Below, piece by piece: positions 1 through 8,945 of a stretch of DNA of 40,302 bases (position 1 is its first letter; every line of letters begins with the position of its first letter). The stretch is taken from the IMG/VR virus record IMGVR_UViG_2654588006_000003; one strand, written 5' to 3'. The notes below the pieces were generated by a model. That model was not told the DNA's origin, did no database searches, and was given only the letters and a program-made list of their open reading frames with translations. The position numbers were made by a program, and so were the translations under genes. The DNA comes from a virus. Lineage: Duplodnaviria; Heunggongvirae; Uroviricota; Caudoviricetes.

Positions 1-19
1 CTATTTGATAAATATTAAA

Positions 20-1315
20 TTAATTTTTCATTGCTTCGTTATGGGGCATGGTTGGGGCAAACTCGCTTAACTGTGTATTTAACAAAGCTACCTGTGCATT
101 ATTGTTTTCAGACATCCATTTTCCGTATACCTGAAATACCATTTGCGCATCTGCATGGCCCATCTGGTTTGCTATAAATGCCGGGTTAGCACCAGCTGTC
201 AGCGACCAGCAGGCATAAGTATGTCTCGACTGATATGATTTTCGATGGCGGAGTCCGGCACGTTTTATCGCTGCGTCCCACATCTGCCTTATTGAGTCAA
301 CGGTAAAATGGTCACCATAATTTTTTACTCTCGCTGACACTTCAGGTTGAAAAACAAAGGTGCATTTTTGTTTTTCTGTTCTGCCATACTCTCTGAGGTG
401 AACATCAATGATATGCTCTTTGCTCAGTCTCGTTAATGTCATCTGACTCCGGAGAGCGTCGATTGCTGGCTTAATAAGATGAATGACCCGATTGGTTCCC
501 GCCTGTGTTTTTGGTACCGTGAAACGGTCTTTTGCTAAATTTCTCCTGATCATCATTGTTCCATTTTTCAGATCTATGTCCTCCCATCCAAGTGCACACA
601 GCTCACCAGGGCGAACTCCAGTATAAACAGAAACACACCATAAATTTTTTGCTTGCTGATTTCTGCACGCATCGATAAGACGGATAAATTCTTCCCGCGA
701 AAGAGGATCCGGAATGGTTCTTGATTCCTTTAATGGCGAGATCCCCTTAAACGGATTATCTGCCAGGTAACCGTTATCAACACCAAACTGGAACACGGCG
801 TTAAGATTTGTCATGTAATTATTTACAGTTACAGCCGATCCCCCTGGTTGTGTAACAATATAGTTACTTTTGGGGATCTGGTATCCAGTCAGTAACTCTT
901 TACGAACCTCCAGTAATTTTTCTTTATTAATCGATGAGGCAAGATTTTTTTCACCGATTATGCTCAGGATATTTTTGATGACGGCACGGTATGTGTTGAG
1001 TGATGTTTTGGCGACTTCAGTTTCTTTCAGTGCCAGAAATTTTTCAGCCAGTTCTTTTATGGTTAAATCTTGTCGGGCCTCACCAAATTTTTCCAGATTG
1101 CGTGAGGAGGGAAACTGTTTTGCATAGTCGAAAACACCAGTTTTTATTGCGTAACAAACAGAGGAGCGTAGTTCACCTGCAACGCGCCTGTTTTTTGCTG
1201 TGTCAGGAACCCCCAGATTTTCCCTGACTCTTACGTCTTTATAAACAAACCAGATACGTAATTTCCCTCCATGGTTTTCCACGCCTGTCGGATATTTCAT
1301 TTCAACTTCTCTCAT
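20..1315 (-). CDS. intQ: Phage integrase, tyrosine recombinase (431 aa)
   Basis: ORF track; C-terminal catalytic region with SRHTYA (H-x-x-R) and VYGKW (Tyr) motifs typical of tyrosine recombinases; sits at prophage end next to an excisionase-like gene. Symbol by analogy to K-12 Qin. Confidence 0.9.
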   Translation of the reverse strand: MREVEMKYPTGVENHGGKLRIWFVYKDVRVRENLGVPDTAKNRRVAGELRSSVCYAIKTGVFDYAKQFPSSRNLEKFGEARQDLTIKELAEKFLALKETEVAKTSLNTYRAVIKNILSIIGEKNLASSINKEKLLEVRKELLTGYQIPKSNYIVTQPGGSAVTVNNYMTNLNAVFQFGVDNGYLADNPFKGISPLKESRTIPDPLSREEFIRLIDACRNQQAKNLWCVSVYTGVRPGELCALGWEDIDLKNGTMMIRRNLAKDRFTVPKTQAGTNRVIHLIKPAIDALRSQMTLTRLSKEHIIDVHLREYGRTEKQKCTFVFQPEVSARVKNYGDHFTVDSIRQMWDAAIKRAGLRHRKSYQSRHTYACWSLTAGANPAFIANQMGHADAQMVFQVYGKWMSENNNAQVALLNTQLSEFAPTMPHNEAMKN

Positions 1316-1334
1316 TAGTTAGTGTGGCTTTTAG

Positions 1335-1586
1335 TCAAGTAAGATGACGTCTTGGTCTCGCTGATGCCTGGCGCTCAATCCAGCGATCAATTTCTTCCAG
1401 GTTGTAAAAGCATGGACTGTTATCCCATGGCATACCGTCATGAGCGACATGCTTATATTCCCTTCCTTCCATAAACGATTTTTCCCGGGCCTTTTTTAAC
1501 GTACCTTTTTTTATTCCTTTCAGCGCAATTAACTGCTCTTCGGATACCCATTTGCCGGGAGAGACAATCATGATTACTTCGCTCAT
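1335..1586 (-). CDS. Excisionase-like small DNA-binding protein
   Basis: 83-aa ORF immediately upstream of the integrase on the same strand; size and position typical of Xis. True start may be an internal Met (MIVSPGK). Confidence 0.55.
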   Translation of the reverse strand: MSEVIMIVSPGKWVSEEQLIALKGIKKGTLKKAREKSFMEGREYKHVAHDGMPWDNSPCFYNLEEIDRWIERQASARPRRHLT

Positions 1587-1658
1587 CGATTTCTTTATCT
1601 CTTACATCAGACGAGCGCCGGTTGCAGAATACCAGTCACAACCGGCGACAGTTGAACA

Positions 1659-4130
1659 TTAAGAATCAGCCTGACTCGGGATCAGTTTTTGCCAGATAAC
1701 TGAAACGTATTTTGCCTGGTAACGGGCGTCATCAAGTGCATTATGGCGCTCACCTTCGAATGGAATAGCCGTTCTGGCATCGAAGTCTATGGCTTTCCCC
1801 AGCTCAACGATTGTGCGTACATCGCGATCGTTGTAGTAACGCCACGGGCAGGGGATCCCCTGCCGTTCGTATGAACGGCGCAAAATCGTGTTGTCGAAGT
1901 TGGCTCCATTTCCCCAAACCTGAACAAAAAATTCACCGGAGTTTTCGTCGATAAATTCTCGCAATTGTAACAGTGCATCATCTAACGGGATTTCATCGGT
2001 CATAATGGCAGATTGCGCTTCGCGTGATTGCTTAAGCCACCATTTAATGGTGTCCCGATCAATGACTCCGCCAGCAGTTTCCAGATCGATAGTCTTACTA
2101 AATTCCGGTCCCATATCTCCGGTTTGCGGATCGAAAAATATTGCACCTATTGAGATGATCGGGGCATCAGGATTTTTTCCCATGGTTTCAAGGTCGATCA
2201 TTAGATGGTCACACGTCCTGCTGGTGGATGTGATTTCGTGATGACCGTTCACCTTAATTGGGTGATCTGCCGTCTCGCCAGTTTCATTATCGCTATTGTG
2301 ATGCTGATTGCCGCCAGTGTTCTCCTTGTGTGGATGTTCAGCGCCTTCCATTTCCTCCGGATCATCTTCCTGAACTTCAACCTGATACTCTTCATCGAAT
2401 GTTTCTTGGTATGTTGCGTCGCCCATCACCGCGCCACAATCAGGGCAGTTGCCGCCGCCGGTCTGACCGCAGGCGGTGCAGACTTTTTCCACTTCCTGTT
2501 GCGCTACTGGTTCAGGCTGTTTCGTTTCTGGCTCGTTTTGTAACGCATTTGGACTGTTTTGTTCCGCTTTTTGGTAGTTCCGTTCCGATTCATGCTGGTT
2601 CTGGTTCACAGAATCGCGGGTCTGGAGCCCCTTAACCCATTTCGGATCATTCGGGTCACTAATCCCTTCAACAAATTCACCACGTGATGCAGCAAGCAAC
2701 TTATCGGCGTCAGGCTGGCTGATATTGGCTGCCTGCATAATTTTGTTTACTTCGTCAGCGGTAACTTTTATCGGCTCTGGTTGTTCTGAATCTTCAGCGG
2801 TATCTACATTTTGCGGTAAGCCCGTGTATGTGCCATTTTTTCGGGCAAAATATTCTTCTTTTGTGATTTCAGTGGCGCCAGCAGCCAGTGCCTTATCCAG
2901 ACCAGAGAGTTTGTTTGCGCGACCGTATTTTTCTCCGTCCTTATCTGCGAAGAGGAAATAGAACGGCCCCTCACGCTCTACAGATGGTTCAGCTTCCGGC
3001 GCGGTTTCATTTTTTGGGATATCAGATACCTCAGTTTCCACTGCATCAGTTTGTGTTTCTGATGACTGGAGAACATCAACAGTGCCCAGGTCTGTTTCTT
3101 CATTCTCAAACACGCCCTTTGTCGTCAGGTATTCGCAGATATATTTGTTCAGTGCTACGGGATCTTTGTGAATGTCGATCGGACGCTCACGGACAAGGCC
3201 AAAAATAGTTTGGCGGTCGTAGCGAAGGGCATCAGGCTGTTTGCGCATTGATGCCGAGATACGCTTCCAGTCTTCGCGGTCGTTGTCGATAACTTCTTTT
3301 TTTGCCCAGCGATGGATGCTGCCGTCAATGTTTCCGGCATCCACATCACTAGGCCAGAGAGCGTAGGCCAGTTCGTCATCCAGTGTTTTCCATGTCTGCT
3401 TGTATTCGCGATGAATGGCAGCAATGACCGGGCTGATTTTTCCTGTTGAATTTTCAGTGTACTGTTGATTGGCTCTGGCGCGGGCGAGATCAACAACAGA
3501 CGTGTATTTTCCGGTTTCCTTGCGTTCACCTTCGCGACGTTTTTTCCAGATGCGCATCTCTGCCTGAATTTCGGGCCATTTAGCACCAGGAATACATTTA
3601 TGCTTAACCCACCCAATGGCGTGCAACTTAAGCTCCGGATACATGGCGTTAACTTCTGGCATTTTCATCAACGCTTCAACGATATGTCCGTCGAATGTTG
3701 CCATGTCTTCCTGCAACAATTCCTGTGCGCTAATAACCATATCAACGGTGATGTTTTCACATGTGTCGAACTTAACCATGACAGCGTTCTGTACTTCAGG
3801 GGCCAGCTTGTCAAAAGTGACGTTCATCGGATCGGATTCAGTCTCAACCGGGACAAAAGAAGCAGACTCCTCATCCCAGCGGTTTTCCTGCATATATTCA
3901 GCATCCCATGAATCGAGGGCAGGGCGGGGTATGCCAGGTTTATCCTCGCAGACAATAAATTTATAAGCGCAGTCCTGAGCAGCCGGATAATGTTCCAGGA
4001 ATTGCCAGTGAAATTTTGCTCGAGCACGGCGTTCGTCGCCAGCTTCAATGGCTGTGGCTACAGCCACAGCGCCTTCTTCCCTTGTTGCCAGTTCGTCAGG
4101 AATAGCGGCGCAAATAAAGACTTTACTCAT
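1659..4130 (-). CDS. ydfE: Exonuclease family protein, full-length ydfE-like, with C-terminal DnaQ/DEDDh 3'-5' exonuclease domain
   Basis: ORF track 1659..4166; start placed at internal ATG 4130 (MSKVFICAAIP) with upstream GAGG. C-terminus carries Exo I (MIDLETMG), Exo II (VWGNGANFDNT) and Exo III (HNALDDARYQAKY) motifs; central CxxC...CPDC zinc ribbon. N-terminus matches K-12 YdfE as recalled. Confidence 0.8.
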   Translation of the reverse strand: MSKVFICAAIPDELATREEGAVAVATAIEAGDERRARAKFHWQFLEHYPAAQDCAYKFIVCEDKPGIPRPALDSWDAEYMQENRWDEESASFVPVETESDPMNVTFDKLAPEVQNAVMVKFDTCENITVDMVISAQELLQEDMATFDGHIVEALMKMPEVNAMYPELKLHAIGWVKHKCIPGAKWPEIQAEMRIWKKRREGERKETGKYTSVVDLARARANQQYTENSTGKISPVIAAIHREYKQTWKTLDDELAYALWPSDVDAGNIDGSIHRWAKKEVIDNDREDWKRISASMRKQPDALRYDRQTIFGLVRERPIDIHKDPVALNKYICEYLTTKGVFENEETDLGTVDVLQSSETQTDAVETEVSDIPKNETAPEAEPSVEREGPFYFLFADKDGEKYGRANKLSGLDKALAAGATEITKEEYFARKNGTYTGLPQNVDTAEDSEQPEPIKVTADEVNKIMQAANISQPDADKLLAASRGEFVEGISDPNDPKWVKGLQTRDSVNQNQHESERNYQKAEQNSPNALQNEPETKQPEPVAQQEVEKVCTACGQTGGGNCPDCGAVMGDATYQETFDEEYQVEVQEDDPEEMEGAEHPHKENTGGNQHHNSDNETGETADHPIKVNGHHEITSTSRTCDHLMIDLETMGKNPDAPIISIGAIFFDPQTGDMGPEFSKTIDLETAGGVIDRDTIKWWLKQSREAQSAIMTDEIPLDDALLQLREFIDENSGEFFVQVWGNGANFDNTILRRSYERQGIPCPWRYYNDRDVRTIVELGKAIDFDARTAIPFEGERHNALDDARYQAKYVSVIWQKLIPSQADS

Positions 4131-4222
4131 TTGTTTTAACCTCATGACAGATTTAAGGATGAACAAATCCCTGCCATTGCTGGCATATAAGAATGAAACC
4201 GGATATTTATTACGGAACTGTT

Positions 4223-4414
4223 TTAAAGACCTGCCGGGATTTCGATATTATCCTGGTGAATAACTTTATCGACCGGGTAACAGTTACCGGGAATTTTCTG
4301 TTCGGTTGCTGCAGTCATACACTCCTGCATTGTCCTGTGAACACTGACTGCAATATCAACTGGCTCTCCGGAAACAAGAAAAACTGTCAGAACAAGCACA
4401 AATGCTGAATTCAT
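4223..4414 (-). CDS. ydfD: YdfD-like small protein (63 aa) with N-terminal hydrophobic segment
   Basis: Internal ATG of ORF 4223..4468; start overlaps dicB stop in an ATGA arrangement (translational coupling); sequence MNSAFVLVLTVFLVSGEP... matches YdfD as recalled. Confidence 0.7.
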   Translation of the reverse strand: MNSAFVLVLTVFLVSGEPVDIAVSVHRTMQECMTAATEQKIPGNCYPVDKVIHQDNIEIPAGL

Positions 4415-4599
4415 TGTGCACATCCTTTTGGCATCAGACGTAAACGAGCCAGCATTGAAACAATGCATATTTTATTTAATAGCTCCCGTTCTTGTTTTCT
4501 CTTGTTAATGGCATCTTCAGTAAATACTGGGTTACTGATAGTGACACCAATTTCAAAACAACCTTCAGACGTATTAACGTTTGGTAATAACGTTTTCAT
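4411..4599 (-). CDS. dicB: Cell division inhibitor DicB (62 aa)
   Basis: Translation MKTLLPNVNTSEGCFEIGVTISNPVFTEDAINKRKQERELLNKICIVSMLARLRLMPKGCAQ from internal ATG of ORF 4411..4704; located downstream of dicF as in the dicB operon. Confidence 0.9.
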   Translation of the reverse strand: MKTLLPNVNTSEGCFEIGVTISNPVFTEDAINKRKQERELLNKICIVSMLARLRLMPKGCAQ

Positions 4600-4773
4600 T
4601 ATCGCGTCCTCAACAATGAATTTTGTGATGCAGTGCCTGGTGCCTCCAGGTGACGTTAACCAGTTAACAATTAACGCCGGATACAGAGAATCCACCCATA
4701 ACACTGTTTTTGGTTTTAACTGTTCCGCGTGCGCTCAGCCGCATTCACCACATCACAAAATTCACTTTAAAAA

Positions 4774-4826
4774 GGGCGGCAGAGCAGTCACGGAGTAAAA
4801 CTGATACCGCCAAACGTCACCAGAAA
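4774..4826 (-). ncRNA. dicF: DicF small regulatory RNA (ftsZ-targeting antisense sRNA) with intrinsic terminator
   Basis: Minus-strand sequence UUUCUGGUGACGUUUGGCGGUAUCAGUUUUACUCCGUGACUGCUCUGCCGCCC followed by a U-run (plus 4769..4773); lies between ydfC and dicB. Confidence 0.9.
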
Positions 4827-5166
4827 ATTGATAACAGAGGGCGTTGCAGCGGGGTTGTCACTTAAGCGTATGGTCAACCTGACAACCCGGTGTCCTCAAC
4901 GGGGAAGGAATAACCCCGCCATACTTACCGCCGCGCCATTTCGCGGGTTGCCACAACCGGAAGCGCACGGTCGACGAAAATTTAACGACAGGCTATCTAT
5001 GAACCAGCTACCTCGCCGTGCGCTTTCGCGTTATGGTCTGACTTTTCAGGGAAATATCCTTTCAGTAAACTGTCAGTTCCGGATGCGCACCCGTGTCCGG
5101 CGCACGCACTCCACCTCACCCGTGGAGAACTCCTTAATTACTAACCTTAGCTTTGTTGATTAGCTA

Positions 5167-5385
5167 CTAACGCGGGTATGTAATCATTCTGGCAATGCTT
5201 AATGCCGCTGCTTTTTCCAGATTGGTGATATCCTGCTCCAGAGCGGACAGATTTTCAGCCTGCTTAGCCCTGGCTTCATTAGCCCATTTCAGATCCTGCG
5301 CTGCATTAATTTTCTGGCGCATCCACTCATAAAGTTCATCATCGGTATAGTCTGGCGCGATGATGACGGGTTCTCGTTTCTGCAT
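5167..5385 (-). CDS. ydfC: YdfC-like protein (72 aa), dicB operon
   Basis: ORF track; sequence and position between ydfB and dicF. Confidence 0.8.
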   Translation of the reverse strand: MQKREPVIIAPDYTDDELYEWMRQKINAAQDLKWANEARAKQAENLSALEQDITNLEKAAALSIARMITYPR

Positions 5386-5414
5386 ACTGATTCCTCGCGG
5401 TGCTGTTTCGCTTA

Positions 5415-5543
5415 TCAGCCGTTAGATTTTGCCGAACTGGAAAGCGCCTGTTTAAACTCACTGAAGCTGAGAGCTTCTTCGCCTTCGGCAAGGCCTTCGA
5501 AGTATTCTTCGTAAGCCTTTTCCATGATTGTGTCGAAATCCAT
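5415..5543 (-). CDS. ydfB: YdfB-like small protein (42 aa)
   Basis: Hand translation of minus strand from ATG at 5543: MDFDTIMEKAYEEYFEGLAEGEEALSFSEFKQALSSSAKSNG; below the ORF-track size cut-off; start abuts ydfA stop (TGATATG). Confidence 0.75.
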   Translation of the reverse strand: MDFDTIMEKAYEEYFEGLAEGEEALSFSEFKQALSSSAKSNG

Positions 5544-5544
5544 A

Positions 5545-5700
5545 TCACTCACCTGAGTTTCTTTCCAGCCAGCGACGGGCACCATTTTCGGTTTTAAACG
5601 TTTTGCTTTTGGTATACGTCATTGCGGTGAACGTGCCGTCCTGGTTTGGAAACACGCCGTACACCAGAGATTCGTTGTTGCCAAGATCGATAGTATCCAT
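5545..5700 (-). CDS. ydfA: YdfA-like small protein (51 aa), first gene of dicB operon
   Basis: Internal ATG at 5700 of ORF 5545..5778 giving MDTIDLGNNESLVYGVFPNQDGTFTAMTYTKSKTFKTENGARRWLERNSGE. Confidence 0.75.
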   Translation of the reverse strand: MDTIDLGNNESLVYGVFPNQDGTFTAMTYTKSKTFKTENGARRWLERNSGE

Positions 5701-5866
5701 GCTGACCTCATTTCCCCTTAACGCTGGGGTAGCGGAACTGTTTGCTGAGAACACCGTGCGGTGTGTTGATGCAAACAAGATTAGCCATGACTAACATATC
5801 GGTCAAGTGATTTTGTATGCTATAGCTAACATAATTGATGTGGTAAAAGATAACTCATTGATGATG
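5701..5866 (-). promoter_or_regulatory. Putative dicB-operon promoter/operator region between dicA and ydfA
   Basis: Intergenic; contains tagctaac and atgactaaca motifs that recur in the dicA-dicC intergenic palindromes, consistent with DicA operator half-sites. No promoter boxes assigned. Confidence 0.4.
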
Positions 5867-6274
5867 TTATCTTTTATTTGTCCGCTGACGGGCTTTTAGT
5901 AATTCTTCAAAGAGTTTATTGAAGTTTTTTACTCGAGCTCGCATTTCGGCGAGCTGGGTATCCTGTTCTGATTCTGGCAGTGCATTAAACAGCTCAAGGA
6001 GCTCTAGTTCTTTGGGGGATAAGGCAACTGGCTTCTCAACAGGTGGTGTTGGTTGCTTGTCTTCATCGCCAAATAGAATCCATGTTGGTGAGCATTGCAA
6101 TACTTTGCTGAGGGCAAAAAGGTTCTTCCCTGTAGGTTCACTATCACCCCGTTCCCATTGTGATACAGACACATGGGAGATTTTCAGGGCTTTAGCAAGA
6201 GACCTTTGGGTGTGTTTGAGGTTTTTCCGACGATACCTGATGCGTTCGCCGATAGTTAAATTTTTTGTTTCCAT
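5867..6274 (-). CDS. dicA: DicA, cI-like HTH repressor of the dicB operon (135 aa)
   Basis: ORF track; N-terminal HTH (QRSLAKALKISHVSVSQWERG); divergent from dicC. Confidence 0.9.
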   Translation of the reverse strand: METKNLTIGERIRYRRKNLKHTQRSLAKALKISHVSVSQWERGDSEPTGKNLFALSKVLQCSPTWILFGDEDKQPTPPVEKPVALSPKELELLELFNALPESEQDTQLAEMRARVKNFNKLFEELLKARQRTNKR

Positions 6275-6357
6275 AGTTAGCTAATGCTAAATCGTATTGA
6301 CTATGTTTTTGTTAACATCTATCTTGTTAGTTATGACTAACAATAAAGGTGTTTTAA
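6275..6357. promoter_or_regulatory. Divergent dicA/dicC promoter-operator region
   Basis: 83-bp intergenic region with palindromes ttagctaa (6277..6284) and tgttagttatgactaaca (6325..6342). Confidence 0.55.
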
Positions 6358-6588
6358 ATGCTTAAAACTGACGCTCTTTTGTATTTCGGTTCAAAAACAA
6401 AACTTGCACAAGCAGCAGGTATTCGTTTGGCTTCGCTTTATAGCTGGAAAGGGGATTTAGTTCCCGAAGGTCGCGCGATGCGTCTACAGGAGGCATCTGG
6501 CGGGGAGCTTCAGTATGATCCCAAAGTTTATGATGAATATCGTAAGACGAAGCGGGCGGGGCGGTTGAACAATGAAAATCACTCCTGA
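6358..6588 (+). CDS. dicC: DicC, Cro-like regulator (76 aa)
   Basis: ORF track; divergent from dicA; sequence recognised as DicC. Confidence 0.9.
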   Translation: MLKTDALLYFGSKTKLAQAAGIRLASLYSWKGDLVPEGRAMRLQEASGGELQYDPKVYDEYRKTKRAGRLNNENHS

Positions 6589-7093
6589 ACAGGCTCGTGA
6601 GGCTCTGGATGCCTGGATATGTCGACCAGGAATGACACAGGAGCAGGCGACGATATTAATCACTGAAGCATTCTGGGCTTTGAAAGAGCGCCCGAACATC
6701 GATGTTCAGCGTGTCACATATGAAGGTGGCGCGATTGATCAGCGAGCGCTTGGCGTTAATCGAGTGAAGATATTTGAACGCTGGAAGGCTATCGACACCA
6801 GGGATAAGCGTGAAAAGTTCACGGCGCTAGTGCCTGCAATTATGGAGGCTATCCGGATTAATGATTTCAGGTTGTATCGTGAAATTACTGACGGAAAAAG
6901 CATCACGTGCATGATCGCCGGGTTAAACAAAGAATATGGCGATGTGGTGGAGTCCGGACTGCTTTTTGCTGATCCTGCCGTAGTGGATCGTGAAACTGAC
7001 GAACTTATAGAAAAAGCAATTGCTTTCAAACTTGCGTATCGACAGCAATACCAACAAAAAGCTGGATGGAATTATGAGCCTTCTTTTTGCTGA
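6572..7093 (+). CDS. YdaT-like protein (173 aa), probable regulator/toxin-family protein in CII-equivalent position
   Basis: ORF overlapping dicC stop by 17 nt; position downstream of the Cro-like gene mirrors ydaS-ydaT of Rac-type prophages. Family assignment from memory. Confidence 0.55.
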   Translation: MKITPEQAREALDAWICRPGMTQEQATILITEAFWALKERPNIDVQRVTYEGGAIDQRALGVNRVKIFERWKAIDTRDKREKFTALVPAIMEAIRINDFRLYREITDGKSITCMIAGLNKEYGDVVESGLLFADPAVVDRETDELIEKAIAFKLAYRQQYQQKAGWNYEPSFC

Positions 7094-8039
7094 ACGCCCA
7101 CTGGTTATAAACACGCAGCTGGCAATGAAAATTGGCTTAAACGAAGCCATTGTTTTGCAACAACTGCACTACTGGTTGAGAGATACCAACTCCGGCATGG
7201 AATGTGATGGTGTTCGCTGGATTTATAACACAACGGAACAATGGCTGGAACAGTTCCCATTCTGGTCAGAGTCAACGTTAAAGCGCGCGTTTGCAAGTCT
7301 GAAAACGCTGGGGCTTTTGCGTTGTGAAAAGCTCAATAAATCAAAGCGCGATATGACCAATTTCTACACGATCAACTATGGGAGCGAGCTTTTAGATGGT
7401 GGCAAATTGAGCGAATCCATCGGTTCAAAATGCGCCGCTCCATCAGGTCAAAATGACACGATGGAAGAGGTCAAAATGAAACGCTCCATTGGTTCAAAAC
7501 GACCCAATGTCATCGGGTCAAAATGGCCTGATGATCTTACAGAGAATACAACAGAGATTACTACAGAGAATAAAAACACTTTTCGTCCGGAAGCTTCGCA
7601 ACCGGACCCGCAGACGACTGAACAGGATTTTTTAACCCGGAACTCCGACGCGGTTGTGTTTAGTGCGAAAAAACGCCAGTGGGGTAGCAGGGAGGATTTG
7701 GCGTGTGCGCAGTGGATCTGGGGGCGGATCGTGGGTCTCTACGAACAGGCAGCCAGTGATGATGGCGAGATCATGCGACCAAAAGAGCCTAACTGGACTG
7801 CCTGGGCCAATGACGTGCGCACAATGCGGATGCTGGATGGCAGAAGCCACAGACAAATTTGCGAAATGTTTGGTCGGGTTCAGCGAGATCCATTCTGGGT
7901 AAAAAACATCATGAGCCCGTCAAAGCTCCGCGAAAAATGGGACGAACTGGTCATCCGCCTGGGACGTTCACCTGTACAGCGTTGTGTTAATCATATTTCT
8001 GAACCGGATACAGAAATTCCGCCTGGTTTCAGAGGATAA
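7074..8039 (+). CDS. Putative phage replication initiation protein (N-terminal wHTH, C-terminal DnaT-like region)
   Basis: ORF track 7020..8039; start placed at ATG 7074 (MSLLFAERPL) with upstream GGATGGA; contains embedded iteron-like repeats and an AT-rich tract, as in lambda O/ori. Confidence 0.6.
   Translation: MSLLFAERPLVINTQLAMKIGLNEAIVLQQLHYWLRDTNSGMECDGVRWIYNTTEQWLEQFPFWSESTLKRAFASLKTLGLLRCEKLNKSKRDMTNFYTINYGSELLDGGKLSESIGSKCAAPSGQNDTMEEVKMKRSIGSKRPNVIGSKWPDDLTENTTEITTENKNTFRPEASQPDPQTTEQDFLTRNSDAVVFSAKKRQWGSREDLACAQWIWGRIVGLYEQAASDDGEIMRPKEPNWTAWANDVRTMRMLDGRSHRQICEMFGRVQRDPFWVKNIMSPSKLREKWDELVIRLGRSPVQRCVNHISEPDTEIPPGFRG
7415..7600 (+). repeat. Iteron-like direct repeats plus AT-rich tract (candidate replication origin) inside the replication gene
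   Basis: Five copies of (a/c/t)ggt(t)caaaa(t/c)g at about 7421, 7445, 7468, 7490 and 7515 (23-24 bp spacing), then AT-rich repeats acagagaata/acagagatta (7540..7575). Confidence 0.5.
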
Positions 8040-8079
8040 GTGTTGATTTCAGGTCATGAGGTAATTTTAAGGGGGACTT

Positions 8080-8502
8080 GTGGCAAAAGTTTTTACACAA
8101 GAAGAGCGGGAAAAAATTAAATGGCAGGTGGTGGAACTCGTGCGCCAGAGCGGCCGTGAGACGTTACGGCAACTGGAAGCTAAAACAGGTGCGACTAGAT
8201 ATCTGATGAGCGTTCTTGCCAGAGAGCTGGTAGCCAGTGGCGATGTATACAACTCCGGCTACGGGTTATTCCCCTCTGAACAGGCGCGTAAGGACTGGCA
8301 AAACGCCCGCAAAAAACTCTCGAGGGCAAAGGTGAAGAAACCTGCTGTGGTTGATCCGGACCTTATCTGGTCATCACCTGACGGAGAAATACGTCGCTAC
8401 GACAGTCGCCTAAACATAATCTGTCGCGAGTGCCGGAAGAGCGAAGTTATGCAGCGCATACTGGCTTTCTATCAGGGTAATTTTCAGGACGTGGCGCAGT
8501 GA
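8080..8502 (+). CDS. Hypothetical protein (140 aa)
   Basis: GTG start preceded by AAGGGGGA; stop overlaps the GTG start of the downstream methyltransferase (GTGA); contains CRECRK motif. No family recognised. Confidence 0.5.
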   Translation: MAKVFTQEEREKIKWQVVELVRQSGRETLRQLEAKTGATRYLMSVLARELVASGDVYNSGYGLFPSEQARKDWQNARKKLSRAKVKKPAVVDPDLIWSSPDGEIRRYDSRLNIICRECRKSEVMQRILAFYQGNFQDVAQ

Positions 8503-8945
8503 GTGCACCGGCAACCATTCTTGATATGTGCTGTGGCAGCCGCATGTTCTGGTTCGATAAGTCTGACGAACGGGCGATATTCAGCGATATCAGAAAAGAA
8601 GGATACACATTACGCAATGGGAGACGCTTGATTATCAGCCCTGACATTATCGCAGATTTTCGTGCATTATCATTTGCAGACGCATCTTTTTCGATGGTTG
8701 TATTAGACCCTCCGCATCTTGAGAGTGTTGGTGATAACGCCTGGATGGGAAAGAAATATGGACGGCTGAATAAAGATGCCTGGCGTGATGATTCGCGACA
8801 GAGATTTAAAGAAGCCTTTCGGGTGTTGAGGCCGCACGGCGTTCTGATTTTTTAATGGAATGAAACGCAAATACCGGTAAGCCAGATTCTGGCACTGACA
8901 GACAGAAAACCTGTTATCTGTCAACGAACAGGGAAAAAACGATAA
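8499..8945 (+). pseudogene. DNA methyltransferase (amino-MTase motifs) interrupted by in-frame TAA at 8853..8855
   Basis: SAM-binding-like motif ILDMCCGS and catalytic-like VLDPPH in the 118-aa ORF 8499..8855; the same frame stays open for 29 more codons after the TAA (WNETQIPVSQILALTDRKPVICQRTGKKR) to 8945. Confidence 0.5.

Noticed and set aside
2005-3966. Multiple plus-strand ORFs (78-153 aa) within the exonuclease gene
   Set aside because: All lie antisense to the 823-aa exonuclease ORF, which has clear catalytic motifs; none has a convincing RBS.
4828-5163. 111-aa plus-strand ORF between dicF and ydfC
   Set aside because: Runs antisense through the dicF promoter-proximal region of the minus-strand operon; Arg-rich, no RBS.
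7410-7530. Short direct repeats considered as a possible CRISPR array
   Set aside because: Only five about 11-bp repeats with about 12-bp spacers, embedded in a coding sequence and matching iteron architecture; no cas genes and no leader.
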